From the NCBI GenBank assembly GCA_050309605.1, contig JBNRMN010000063.1:1-64000 (forward strand): a DNA stretch of 64,000 nt, in the 5' to 3' direction. Shown in pieces: positions 49,602-59,583 of the stretch (its first letter is position 1; each line of letters opens with the position of its first letter). The notes under the pieces are model-generated. The model was not told the origin of the DNA. It searched no databases and saw nothing but the letters and a program-made list of their open reading frames with translations. The DNA is from Anaerohalosphaeraceae bacterium. Lineage in GTDB: Bacteria; Planctomycetota; Phycisphaerae; Sedimentisphaerales; Anaerohalosphaeraceae. A program made the position numbers and the translations under genes.

Positions 49602-50246
49602 ATGTTTACAGGCTTAATAGAAGCGATCGGCACGGTGCGCCAAGCACAACTGCGGGGCGGGCAAATGAATCTTGAAGTCAATTTAGGCCCGTCAGTTTCG
49701 CAGGGCACTCGGCTCGGAGACAGCATTGCCGTCAACGGCGTCTGTCTGACGGTCAGCGAACTGCACGGCGGTTGTGCGCGATTCGATGTCAGCGGCGAAA
49801 GTCTGTCCAAAACAACCCTTAAGCATCTCACGTCCGGTTCCAAAGTCAACCTTGAGCGGGCGATCAGTGCCCAGGGACGATTCGGCGGGCATTTTGTACA
49901 GGGGCACATTGATGGAACCGGGACGATTGCAGCCATTCGAAAGCAGGGCGATTACGCGACGTTTCGATTTTCCGCACCGCCGGAGTTACTGACGCAAATG
50001 GTCTTGAAAGGATCTGTGGCCGTGGACGGCGTCAGTCTGACGATTGCGGCCCTGGATCAGAGCGGTTTTGAGGTCGCCCTCATTCCGACCACACTCAGGG
50101 ATACCATCTGGCACCTGTCCAGCGTCGGCGACGCGGTCAACATTGAAACCGACATGCTCCTTAAAATGGTGCGTCGCCAGATTGAGCAACTGCTTCCCGA
50201 AAGCGGTACGCTGACGGCCGAGAATCTCAAATCGCTTGGTTTTTAG
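49602..50246 (+). CDS. ribE: riboflavin synthase (alpha chain)
   Basis: MFTGLIE, GDSIAVNGVCLTV, GGHFVQGHIDG, KGSVAVDGVSLT, VNIETD. Confidence 0.96.
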   Translation: MFTGLIEAIGTVRQAQLRGGQMNLEVNLGPSVSQGTRLGDSIAVNGVCLTVSELHGGCARFDVSGESLSKTTLKHLTSGSKVNLERAISAQGRFGGHFVQGHIDGTGTIAAIRKQGDYATFRFSAPPELLTQMVLKGSVAVDGVSLTIAALDQSGFEVALIPTTLRDTIWHLSSVGDAVNIETDMLLKMVRRQIEQLLPESGTLTAENLKSLGF

Positions 50247-50312
50247 ACGCGCCTCAGCCCCGGCTCGACGCTGTCCCTTTGGTCAGCAGCACGGCGGCGG
50301 ACGGTATGGCAA

Positions 50313-51353
50313 ATGACGATGACGGACAACCACACAACACGACTTCTCGGCAACGACCTGGTGATCGGCATTACGATGGGCGATCCCGGCGGCGTCGGCC
50401 CGGAGATCATCGTCAAGGCGCTGGCCGATCCGGCATTGAGGCGTCAGGCCAAGTTCATCCTGTTCGGGCTGGATGAGGCGCTGGAATACGCCGCCGACCT
50501 GATGGAGGTTGAGCCGTTTTGGTTCCGCTTTCCTCATGAAAAACTCAGCCGGGACTATCCGCGGCAGGTGTCCGTGGCCGATTATGACGACTATTCGGCC
50601 CCGTCGTGGATTCATGCTCCGACCCGCGCCTCCGGCGAAGCGTCGATGCGATTTTGCGTGGATGCGGTTGGCGCCGCCCGGCGGGGGCTGATTGATGCCG
50701 TGGTCACCGCTCCGATCAGCAAGACAAGCTGGAAACTGGCCGGAAGCAAATGGCCGGGACATACCGAGATGCTGGCCGACTGCTGCAAGTCGCCCCGCAA
50801 GGCAATGATGTTTGTGGCCGGGCCGCTGAAGATGGCCCTGGCGACGATTCACGAGCCGCTGTTTGAGATTCGCCATAAGTTCACCATCGGCTGTGTATTC
50901 GAACCGATTGATTTGCTGGATGCAGCTTTGAAAGAGTATTTCGGCATTGCCCGGCCGCGGATTGCGGTGGCGGGGCTAAATCCGCACGCCGGCGAAGACG
51001 GCCAATTCGGCGATGAGGAGCAGCGCATCATCAAGCCGGCCATTTTGCTGGCTCAGGAAGCGGGCATCCTTTGCCAGGGGCCGTATCCGGCCGATTCGCT
51101 GTTTGTCCGCGCCGCCCGCGGCGAGTTTGACGGTGTGGTGGCGATGTACCACGATCAGGGGCTGATTCCGGTCAAGATGCTGGCCTTTGACCGTGCCGTG
51201 AATGTCACTATCGGCCTGCCGATTATCCGCACCAGTCCGGCACACGGCACGGCCTTCGACATTGCCGGCAAGGGTGTCGCCAATGCCGAAAGTATGAAAT
51301 CCGCCATCCAAACCGCCGTCACGATGGCACGAACAAAGACGATGTCGAAGTGA
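50313..51353 (+). CDS. pdxA: 4-hydroxythreonine-4-phosphate dehydrogenase
   Basis: TMGDPGGVGPEI, GHTE, LNPHAGE, MYHDQG, RTSPAHGTAFDIAG. Confidence 0.95.
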   Translation: MTMTDNHTTRLLGNDLVIGITMGDPGGVGPEIIVKALADPALRRQAKFILFGLDEALEYAADLMEVEPFWFRFPHEKLSRDYPRQVSVADYDDYSAPSWIHAPTRASGEASMRFCVDAVGAARRGLIDAVVTAPISKTSWKLAGSKWPGHTEMLADCCKSPRKAMMFVAGPLKMALATIHEPLFEIRHKFTIGCVFEPIDLLDAALKEYFGIARPRIAVAGLNPHAGEDGQFGDEEQRIIKPAILLAQEAGILCQGPYPADSLFVRAARGEFDGVVAMYHDQGLIPVKMLAFDRAVNVTIGLPIIRTSPAHGTAFDIAGKGVANAESMKSAIQTAVTMARTKTMSK

Positions 51354-51379
51354 TCATAAATTGTGTTGTATGACTAAAT

Positions 51380-52264
51380 ATGCAGACCAAACAGGACATT
51401 GAGCGGTTGTTGGCCGGGGCGGGATTGTCGCCGAATCGGCGGCTGGGTCAGAATTTTCTGATCGACCTGAATCTGATGAGGATGCTGGTCGAAGCGGCGC
51501 ATCTGACCGACCAGGATGTCGCGCTGGAAGTGGGGACGGGCACCGGCTCGTTGACCGAAGAATTGGCTTTGCGGGCCGGGTACGTCATTACGGTGGAATA
51601 TGACACCGGTTTGGCGCGATTGGCGGCGTCCCGGCTGGCGGCGTTTGACAATATTTCGGTTTTGCAGGGCGACGCCCTTGAAAGCAAGAATGCCCTCAAT
51701 ACCGAGATGCTGGCAGCGATTGAGTCGGCGCGGTCGCAATACGCCGGTCGGCTGGTGCTTGCGGCCAACCTGCCGTACAGTGTCGGTTCGGTGGTGATGG
51801 CCAACCTGATGGTCGGGCCGGTCACGGCTGATGTGATGGTCGTGACGGTGCAAAAGGAAGTCGCCGACCGCATGGCCGCGACGCCCGGACACGACGAGTA
51901 CGGCACGCTGAGTATTCTGATGACCGCGACCGGCCGGGTGCATTTGTTGCGAAAGCTGCCGGCCTCGGTCTTTTGGCCGCGGCCGCAGGTCGAATCGGCG
52001 ATGGTCGTATTTGAACGCGACTCGAAAAAAGCGGCGCAGATTCACGATATGGCGACTTTTCGACAGGTCATTACGTTGTTTATGGGGCATCGGCGAAAGA
52101 TGCTCAAGGCCTGTGTCAAGTTTGCCGATGGCGCGCTGGCCCATATTCGCCATTGGCCGACGATCTTCGAAGAGGCCTTCGTCGATCCGCATCATCGCCC
52201 CGAAGAACTGACCGCTGCCGACTATATCAATATCGCCAATTTGTGTTATGAACAAACTCGATAA
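51380..52264 (+). CDS. rsmA: 16S rRNA m6,2A1518/1519 dimethyltransferase
   Basis: LGQNFL, EVGTGTG, ANLPY, QKEVA, FWPRPQVES. Confidence 0.95.
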   Translation: MQTKQDIERLLAGAGLSPNRRLGQNFLIDLNLMRMLVEAAHLTDQDVALEVGTGTGSLTEELALRAGYVITVEYDTGLARLAASRLAAFDNISVLQGDALESKNALNTEMLAAIESARSQYAGRLVLAANLPYSVGSVVMANLMVGPVTADVMVVTVQKEVADRMAATPGHDEYGTLSILMTATGRVHLLRKLPASVFWPRPQVESAMVVFERDSKKAAQIHDMATFRQVITLFMGHRRKMLKACVKFADGALAHIRHWPTIFEEAFVDPHHRPEELTAADYINIANLCYEQTR

Positions 52265-52287
52265 TCGATGACAACGATGATTTATGT

Positions 52288-52905
52288 GTGGAGATCATCT
52301 CAATGAATCAACATCAACGCGCGATGGATACCATCGCTGTGCACAAACAGGTGCTGGCTCAGCTTGAGGGGCGCGGCCTTGAGATGCTGTCGGCTGCCGC
52401 GTCGCTGCTGACCGTATGCCTGGCCGACGGCGGGTGCGTGTACGTCTGCGGCAACGGCGGCTCGGCGGCGGACGCGCAGCATATCGCCGCCGAACTGGTC
52501 GGACGGTTCGCTCGTGAACGCAAAGGACTGGCGGCTGCGGCGCTGACAACGGATACTTCGATTCTGACGTCCGTGGGCAATGACTACGGCTTTGAGCAGG
52601 TGTTCGCGCGGCAGGTCGAGGCGCTGATGCGACCGGGCGATGTGCTGTGGGCATTTTCCACCAGCGGCACCAGCAAGAATGTACTGGCCGCCGCGGACAA
52701 GGCAAAACACCTTGGCGGAACCATTTTGGCCTTTACCGGCAAGCCCGATACGCCGTTGGAACAGATGGCCGATGTCTGTCTGGCGCTGGACGGGCCGACT
52801 GCGACTGTTCAGGAAGTTCACCAAGTTGCCTATCATATCATTTGCGATCTGGTGGAAGAAGCGTCAATGAACACTCCAATACAACGCAAAGGAAAGACGA
52901 CCTGA
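52288..52905 (+). CDS. gmhA: phosphoheptose isomerase (SIS)
   Basis: CGNGGSAADAQH, NDYG, STSGTS, QEVH. Confidence 0.92.
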   Translation: MEIISMNQHQRAMDTIAVHKQVLAQLEGRGLEMLSAAASLLTVCLADGGCVYVCGNGGSAADAQHIAAELVGRFARERKGLAAAALTTDTSILTSVGNDYGFEQVFARQVEALMRPGDVLWAFSTSGTSKNVLAAADKAKHLGGTILAFTGKPDTPLEQMADVCLALDGPTATVQEVHQVAYHIICDLVEEASMNTPIQRKGKTT

Positions 52906-53558
52906 TGAGAAAAAATGTAATTCTGTTGGCTATCGGTATGATGCTTTCGGCGTCGGTCAGTGTTTTGGCGGCGACCAACGGCGTCCAGACCTTTGATTTT
53001 TTGTTCAAGTCCGGCGACGTGTTGTGGATCGGCGAGGACATCGGCGGCGAGTATGAGTTGTCTGTGCTGCATCAGGTCGTCGTTCGCGATGATGGGGTTG
53101 CCGCCGGACAATCGGAATTAAAAACCTTTCGCCAATGGGCGCCGATTGCCGCGCTGGATACGTCTGTTCGTACAGAAGCGGTGATCAGGCTGGAATCGCT
53201 TTCCGACGGCCGCTGGGGGCATTCGGATTTGACCTGGACGCTGCGGCCGCCGGATGAAGATAAAACGCTGACCGAGTTATTTATCGCCCATGTCCAGGCC
53301 GGCGGCAGCAACGCCGAGAGTTTTTATGCCGCTGAGCAGGCCCCGGCCAAACAGCCGCCGCTTTTTCGTGGAGCCGACGCCGAGCCGCTGTATTTTTCCG
53401 ACCGCGGCCTGTTTTTCAACTATACCATTGATTCGGCCTACGTCTTTGTCCGCAGCGGATTGGTATTGGTATTCACCCATCAGCCGACAAAAGCCGTCGG
53501 ACTGGATACGATGCATGGCTTTATTGTAATGCGATTGAACGGCTCATTCGGACAATAG
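52905..53558 (+). CDS. secreted hypothetical protein
   Basis: TGATG coupling; signal peptide MRKNVILLAIGMMLSASVSVLA. Confidence 0.7.
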   Translation: MRKNVILLAIGMMLSASVSVLAATNGVQTFDFLFKSGDVLWIGEDIGGEYELSVLHQVVVRDDGVAAGQSELKTFRQWAPIAALDTSVRTEAVIRLESLSDGRWGHSDLTWTLRPPDEDKTLTELFIAHVQAGGSNAESFYAAEQAPAKQPPLFRGADAEPLYFSDRGLFFNYTIDSAYVFVRSGLVLVFTHQPTKAVGLDTMHGFIVMRLNGSFGQ

Positions 53559-53566
53559 CGCGTGAT

Positions 53567-54202
53567 ATGGCTCATCAACAGCTCAAACTTGTAATTACGG
53601 CGGGTGGGACACGGGAGTATCTTGATCCCGTGCGGTTTATCAGCAATGCCAGTTCGGGACAGATGGGTTATGCGCTGGCGCGGGCGGGCTTACGGGCCGG
53701 GCATACCGTAACGCTGATTACCGCCCCGACCGCACTGAAACCGCCGCAAGGCGCCAACATGATATCCGTCCAGACCAGCGACCAGATGTTTCATGCCGTT
53801 AAAGAGGCGTTTTCGGATTGTGACGTGCTGATTATGGCCGCGGCGGTATCGGACTATAAGCCCGCCCAAACCCATCCGGTCAAACTCAAAAAGAAAAACA
53901 CCGAACTGACGCTGCATCTGGTCCCGACCCGCGACATTCTGGCCTGGGCAGGGCGACATAAACAGTCGTCCCAGCGGCTGGTCGGTTTTGCCCTTGAAGA
54001 TTGCGACCTGTTTGCCAACGCCGAGGAGAAACTCCGCAAAAAACGGCTTGATATGATCGTCGCCAACGCTCCGGACGCCATCGGAGCCGGCGCTTCGGTT
54101 CTGCATATCAAAACCCCCGACGGCAACTGGCAGACGCTTAAACACGCCGCCAAATCCCGTCAGGCCGCCGCACTGATCGCCATGATCGAACAACTCGCCT
54201 AA
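53567..54202 (+). CDS. coaB: stand-alone phosphopantothenate-cysteine ligase domain (CoaB)
   Basis: ITAGGTREYLDPVRFISNASSGQMG, AAAVSDY, VGFALE, DMIVAN; no CoaC domain. Confidence 0.88.
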   Translation: MAHQQLKLVITAGGTREYLDPVRFISNASSGQMGYALARAGLRAGHTVTLITAPTALKPPQGANMISVQTSDQMFHAVKEAFSDCDVLIMAAAVSDYKPAQTHPVKLKKKNTELTLHLVPTRDILAWAGRHKQSSQRLVGFALEDCDLFANAEEKLRKKRLDMIVANAPDAIGAGASVLHIKTPDGNWQTLKHAAKSRQAAALIAMIEQLA

Positions 54203-54212
54203 GATGCGCGAT

Positions 54213-54923
54213 TTAGGTCGCCTCGAAAAATCGATCCAGTAAACGCCACAGAACCTGTCGCATCGAAGCGCAATGGCCGCAGCCGGTGCGAATCTGCTCA
54301 GGCGACTGAATAAACGGTCCGTCGGTCAATTCATCGGCGCAGTGGGCGAGCATTTGTTCGATGCTTTCGGTCGTGTATTCCAGATGATACTGTAAACCCA
54401 ATACCCGCCGGCCATACAGAAACGCCTGATTGGTGCAGGCCCGGCTTTCGGCCAGATGTATGGCGCCCGACGGCAGGGCGAAGGTATCGCCGTGCCAGTG
54501 GAACGCCTGAAAACGTTTCGGCAGGGCATCGGCCAAAGGCGAGTCCACCGCCGCGGCGGTGCGCGACACCTCAAACCAGCCGATTTCCTTATGGGCGTTG
54601 CGGCTGACCTGACCGCCCAGCACATCGGCCAGCAACTGCGCCCCCAGGCAGATTCCGATCAGCGGCTTCTGATGGTCGATGCACGCGCGGAGAAATGTTT
54701 TTTCGTCTCTGAGCCAGGGATATTCGTTCAGCTCATTCACATTCATCGGGCCGCCCATCACGAAGGCCGCGTCAAACGCCTCCGTCGGCGGCAGCGGCTG
54801 ACCGGCATACAAATGAACCGGCTCAACGGTATGGCCGCGCTGGGCCGCCCATACCGCCAGATTGGCCGCCTCTTCAAACGGTACATGCATTAGACTGAGA
54901 ATTCGCACGGGGTGCCTTTTCAT
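54213..54923 (-). CDS. type 1 glutamine amidotransferase
   Basis: MGGPM, GICLGAQL, WHGD, QYHLE. Confidence 0.9.
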   Translation of the reverse strand: MKRHPVRILSLMHVPFEEAANLAVWAAQRGHTVEPVHLYAGQPLPPTEAFDAAFVMGGPMNVNELNEYPWLRDEKTFLRACIDHQKPLIGICLGAQLLADVLGGQVSRNAHKEIGWFEVSRTAAAVDSPLADALPKRFQAFHWHGDTFALPSGAIHLAESRACTNQAFLYGRRVLGLQYHLEYTTESIEQMLAHCADELTDGPFIQSPEQIRTGCGHCASMRQVLWRLLDRFFEAT

Positions 54924-56137
54924 TGATTTTTGGTATTCACACGCAGTAAGGTAAAGGGTTCCAGCCCCACGGGCAAACGCAGCCGCAGTTCGTTTTGAGC
55001 CACGTCAAGCCATCGGCCGTCGAGGGTTTCGAGCGGGTCAGGCAGCGTCAGGGTTGACAGCGAGCCGTCGGGACGCAGCACGTCAAGGGTTTGACCGGCA
55101 CAAAGCCTGTTGCGAACACGCAGCACACATCCGTTTGGTTCGATGGACTCCACCTCGGCGACAAAGAGGCTGTCGCCTTCGGAATTGCTGCGCTGCCATT
55201 GGTAGTCCTCCGGACCGATGCCGCCTTTGATGAATCCGGTACTGTAGCCGCGATTGGGTACGTGGTTGAGCCAGGCCAGCGCCTCTGCGGCGGTGAACGA
55301 CGTGCCGTCCAGAATCTGCCGATACAGGCTGACGACCGAGGCGATGTAATGGATCGACTTCATCCGGCCTTCAATCTTGAGCGATCGGACTCCGGCCGCG
55401 ACCAGCGACGGCACAAATTCAAACAGCGCAAGTTCTTTGCTGTTAAACAAGTATAATCCTCGCGCATCTTCGGCAACCGGCATAGTTTGACCCGGACGGG
55501 TTTCTTCGACCAGGGCGTATCGCCAGCGGCAGGGGTGTTTGCACCGGCCGCGATTGGCTCGACCGCCGGCCAGATAATCGCTGATCGCACAGCGCCCCGA
55601 ATACGAAAAACACACCGCACCGTGGATGAAAACCTCGGTTTCGATTCGCCCGCGCGTCTGAGCACAAATGTGCTCAATGTGCGAAAGCGACAGTTCTCTG
55701 GCCAGATTGACCCGCCCCGCACCCTGTCGGGCATATTCAAGCGCGGCCTGAGCGTTGGTGGTGTTGGCCTGTGTGCTGATGTGAAGGGCGGCTCGCAGGC
55801 CGTGCTCACGCAGCGCCGCCAGCAGCCCCATATCCGCCACAATAAACGCATCGGCGCCCATGTCGTCCAGCTTTTGAGCCAGCGAAACCAAACGGTCGAT
55901 TTCATCTGAAAACGGATAAATATTCAGCGTGATATAACCTTTTTTGCCGCGGTCGTGCAGATAGCGCAGGCCCTGTTCGGCCTGGTCGAGCGTGAAATTG
56001 CCCGCAAAACTCCGCAGCGACCCGAATTCAAGGCCGAAATACACCGCATCGGCCCCGTAGGCAACCGCCCACTTGAGTTTTTCGAGCGTCCCGGCCGGGG
56101 CCAGCAGTTCCACCGTGTTGTGAGGGTTCGTTCCCAT
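54920..56137 (-). CDS. peptidase U32 family protein (TrhP-like RNA hydroxylation)
   Basis: ELLAPAG, GADAVY, HISTQ, LAREL, HGAVCFSYSGRC, NRGRCKHPCRW, KIEGRMKS. Confidence 0.9.
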   Translation of the reverse strand: MGTNPHNTVELLAPAGTLEKLKWAVAYGADAVYFGLEFGSLRSFAGNFTLDQAEQGLRYLHDRGKKGYITLNIYPFSDEIDRLVSLAQKLDDMGADAFIVADMGLLAALREHGLRAALHISTQANTTNAQAALEYARQGAGRVNLARELSLSHIEHICAQTRGRIETEVFIHGAVCFSYSGRCAISDYLAGGRANRGRCKHPCRWRYALVEETRPGQTMPVAEDARGLYLFNSKELALFEFVPSLVAAGVRSLKIEGRMKSIHYIASVVSLYRQILDGTSFTAAEALAWLNHVPNRGYSTGFIKGGIGPEDYQWQRSNSEGDSLFVAEVESIEPNGCVLRVRNRLCAGQTLDVLRPDGSLSTLTLPDPLETLDGRWLDVAQNELRLRLPVGLEPFTLLRVNTKNQ

Positions 56138-56242
56138 GGGTTTTCTATAACTCGTATCGGAGCTTATTGAAACAGCAAACAGGCTATTGGAAAAGAAAAA
56201 ACAGTTGCTTTTTCGCACGAAAAAACATAACACTTACCGCTT

Positions 56243-56734
56243 ATGACACACAATGCTGAAAAACCTGTGATTGTCATCGGGCTGGGCAATCCACTGATGG
56301 CCGATGAGGGCATCGGGCCGGCGCTGGTCGCAGCGCTGGCCGAGATGGCCCGGGCGGGCACGCTGCCGTCGGATGAGGTAGAATATCTGGACGGCGGCTG
56401 CGGCGGGATGTATCTGCTGCACTCGATGGCGGGACGCCGAAAGGTCATCCTGATTGACTGCGCCAAAATGGGACTTGCCCCGGGCACGCTTCGGCGGTTT
56501 ACGCCGAATGATGTGGCCACCGTCAAGCAAATGACCCATCTGTCCCTGCACGAAGTGGATATTCTGCGCGTGATAGAGATGACCGAGATGATCGATCAGC
56601 GCCCCGGCGAAATCGTCATCTTCGGCATCGAGCCGCAGCGCATCGAGATGCAAATGCGCCTGACCGATACCCTGCAAAAACACGTGCCGGACTGCCTGGC
56701 GGCAATTGCCGAGGAAATCAATAACTCAAACTGA
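56243..56734 (+). CDS. hydrogenase maturation protease
   Basis: IGLGNPLMADEGIG, DGG, IDC, SLHE, GIEP. Confidence 0.9.
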   Translation: MTHNAEKPVIVIGLGNPLMADEGIGPALVAALAEMARAGTLPSDEVEYLDGGCGGMYLLHSMAGRRKVILIDCAKMGLAPGTLRRFTPNDVATVKQMTHLSLHEVDILRVIEMTEMIDQRPGEIVIFGIEPQRIEMQMRLTDTLQKHVPDCLAAIAEEINNSN

Positions 56735-56886
56735 CCGATGGCCAGCTTGAGAGATCAAAAATCAAAAATTAAAGAGCAAAATTGAGGATTCGCCCTTTCG
56801 GGCGAGCCATTTGATTGCTCTTTTCAGAACTGTAACTTTTGACGATAGTTATGTCAAAACAGGGCCGGTTTTCGGTCAGTTTGAGT
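56724..56886. mobile_element. 163-bp MITE-like element with 15-bp TIR and 5-bp TSD
   Basis: ACTCAAACTGACCGA (56724-56738) / TCGGTCAGTTTGAGT (56872-56886); CAATA on both sides (56719-56723, 56887-56891). Confidence 0.75.
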
Positions 56887-57102
56887 CAATACAACGTAAG
56901 TCGTTAACGAAAAAAATATAAACGGCTTCGGCTAAAGGCCGAGTCCGCAATTTTGATATTTGATTTTTAATTTCTCATACAGACCTCTGAACAGTACTGT
57001 AAGCGATTTCCATACCGCAAAAGGAGGCAATCTTTGCTCCGGTCTGGAAGGCCAATCTATATTGGCCCGACCCAACAGAACAGAGCCAAACCTTAATGGT
57101 TT

Positions 57103-57639
57103 CTATCTGCATTTATATATTGCCATAAACACCATGTAGGCAATCAACGCTATAATGGCGACCGTAATGGAGCGGACCGAACTTTTTAATTTTCTTGCTT
57201 TGTCTTGGTTGATTTCGTTAAGTCTTTCGGCGCTGTGCTCATAGGCATCAATGATCTTCCCGCGAACCGCCTCGTTTGTGCTTGCGTCTTTCAACAGTTC
57301 TTTTGTGCTGCCGGGATACTCGAAATCCTTGACCTGAAAGGCCGTCAGTGCCTTCAGAATACAAGCAACCAATCCCCCCGCGTGAACCACAAGGAAAACA
57401 AGAGCAAATAGAGATAAACAGATACATCCTTCTGACTTAAAGCATCCAAGCAGCTCGGCCGTCGTGTCAACATTCATCGCCTGAAAACCTACCAATAGCC
57501 CCGCAATGCCGATGACCCCCAGCGCCTTGTTGTCCAGCGTATCAAAATCCCCCGCATAACGATCAAACAAACCCTTCGAGTAAGCGATCAAGTCCTGAGA
57601 TGACCGGTAACTATCGTTATCATTGACTGCCATTAACAA
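57103..57639 (-). CDS. 3-TM membrane hypothetical protein
   Basis: LDNKALGVIGIAGLLVGF, second TM, LNEINQDKARKLK + third TM. Confidence 0.7.
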   Translation of the reverse strand: MLMAVNDNDSYRSSQDLIAYSKGLFDRYAGDFDTLDNKALGVIGIAGLLVGFQAMNVDTTAELLGCFKSEGCICLSLFALVFLVVHAGGLVACILKALTAFQVKDFEYPGSTKELLKDASTNEAVRGKIIDAYEHSAERLNEINQDKARKLKSSVRSITVAIIALIAYMVFMAIYKCR

Positions 57640-57714
57640 AACTCCATTCGTATCAGATCATAACGTCATCACACATCTACTTCATATTCCTTCCAGGCCT
57701 CCGGCGGTAGCTCT

Positions 57715-59583
57715 TCAGTTGCTTTGCAATGTATTGAAGGAAATACAACTGCTCTTCAATTCTGTCTTTTTGAATTCCTCATCATAAAAGCGTCTGGCCC
57801 TTAAATTTTCTTCTTGCTCATCCAAAATGGATTCTATTAAAACAAGTAATTCTGTCAAATCAAATGGTATTGTAAGACCCGTGCAAAGATTTGGTTTTAG
57901 AATATCTTTGGGAAGTTCATGTATATGAGCGGAATAAAAAATAACAGGGACTTCTGGACTTATTGTACAGATGTATTTTCTATAAAATGCAACTCCAGCC
58001 CATTTTTCGTTGCTGTCCACAAGGCAATTTCCAAAAGGCCTGTTCATATTTTGCATAATCAGGTCATATTTTCTTTTTTGAATTAGACATAGTGCCGTAT
58101 CGTTATCATATGCAGCTTCTACATCGAAATCGTTCATTTCGAATCTGTCTTTAAGTGTTTGTACTATATTTCTCTCGTCATTAATAATTAGAATTCTACG
58201 TTTATATTTAAAGGTCTTAAAGCCTTCGCATTGCTGTGGTTCATCGTCCATGTGTTCAGCTTTATCATAAAGGCCGGTAATATAATTGAGAATCAGACTG
58301 CAAACAACTTGAATGATCAATACGCCTAAGATTCCCGAGCTGATTTTCCAGAAAGGAGAAGTTGCATTGAATAACCCACCGAATGAAACACCGATATACC
58401 AACCATAAACAATTGACAAAATATAAGGGACAAACTGCTGCATAAAAGGTTCATGCGATAGCAAAGCAAGAAAATTAGGAAGGAGCCAGAAAAACACCAT
58501 TAAAGGCAGAAATAAAATGTTTCCGGTTACGAAAAGACAAATCGCTGTTAAAATTGGAAGGATATTGAACTGCCAGATATTTAAACAATGTACAGAGCCA
58601 TATACGCGAGTATAAATCCTGCCGACAGAAAGATATTTTAGCCACAAGAGTACCAGCACAATTCCTGCACTATATGCCGAGACACGAAAAAAAACATGCT
58701 CTTGATACAAATACATCAGGCCAGAAATACAAATCCCGAAAACAATAAGAATGGTCTTGATTAATGGTATGCTTAACCAATTTCCTCCGACAAGGTAAAG
58801 AGCGCCCCCGATTTTTTGACTTACCTTAAACCCAATTTCTTTTTGCAGGTATGAGGGCAACACTAAAGAATTTTCGTATAGTATAGATTGAGCTTCTTGA
58901 CGCAAAGATTCATCATCCGGAAGTTTGTGCTGCAAGCAATAATATACATAAGGTGGGATTGATACAATAAATTGATTTAAAGGAGAAAGCTCTTTGTATG
59001 GTATAGAACCCATATTGGAAATTATCAGAGTTTGATAAATAAGATCCTTTCTTTTTGTATCTATTACTCCTAGCGAACGCATAACTATATCAAACGCTTC
59101 TTCGTATTCAATTCCTTGTAGCAACACATGATTAAACGCATTCCCCAACTCGTGTATCTGTTTATAGCAAAACTGTTTCATTCTGTCAGACATTATAACA
59201 ACGTTGTCATTTGCACGTTCTGTACTTCTTATAGTCTGTTGCGATTCCCCATAATAATTGGACCCGGGACTACCTTTTAGAAAACCCAATTCGATTAGAC
59301 TCCACATTGGACCGATCAAGGGGACAAAGTTTACCAGACACCACCATCCTGACTTGTTTCGATCGTGCCATCTTTTGATTTGAATAACATAAAATGGCCA
59401 ATTAAGACAAAGGCCTAAAATGACTAAATATATCACAAGGGAATTGCGATATAGAGCTTCGCTATCGAACTCATCTAAATAAGCAAGGATAATTCCGGGT
59501 AAACAGCACAAGGAACACACAAGCCAGAATGTTTTTCGATTGACTCGTCCGAACGGCGAAAATAACAGTTCAATGACAGACAT
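57715..59583 (-). CDS. DUF805 + multi-TM + pseudo-receiver fusion protein
   Basis: GRVNRKTFW..IKRWHDRNKSGWW..GSPGSNYYG; several central TMs; C-term RILIIND..YDLIMQN..PVIFYSA..IPFD; very AT-rich. Confidence 0.75.
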   Translation of the reverse strand: MSVIELLFSPFGRVNRKTFWLVCSLCCLPGIILAYLDEFDSEALYRNSLVIYLVILGLCLNWPFYVIQIKRWHDRNKSGWWCLVNFVPLIGPMWSLIELGFLKGSPGSNYYGESQQTIRSTERANDNVVIMSDRMKQFCYKQIHELGNAFNHVLLQGIEYEEAFDIVMRSLGVIDTKRKDLIYQTLIISNMGSIPYKELSPLNQFIVSIPPYVYYCLQHKLPDDESLRQEAQSILYENSLVLPSYLQKEIGFKVSQKIGGALYLVGGNWLSIPLIKTILIVFGICISGLMYLYQEHVFFRVSAYSAGIVLVLLWLKYLSVGRIYTRVYGSVHCLNIWQFNILPILTAICLFVTGNILFLPLMVFFWLLPNFLALLSHEPFMQQFVPYILSIVYGWYIGVSFGGLFNATSPFWKISSGILGVLIIQVVCSLILNYITGLYDKAEHMDDEPQQCEGFKTFKYKRRILIINDERNIVQTLKDRFEMNDFDVEAAYDNDTALCLIQKRKYDLIMQNMNRPFGNCLVDSNEKWAGVAFYRKYICTISPEVPVIFYSAHIHELPKDILKPNLCTGLTIPFDLTELLVLIESILDEQEENLRARRFYDEEFKKTELKSSCISFNTLQSN

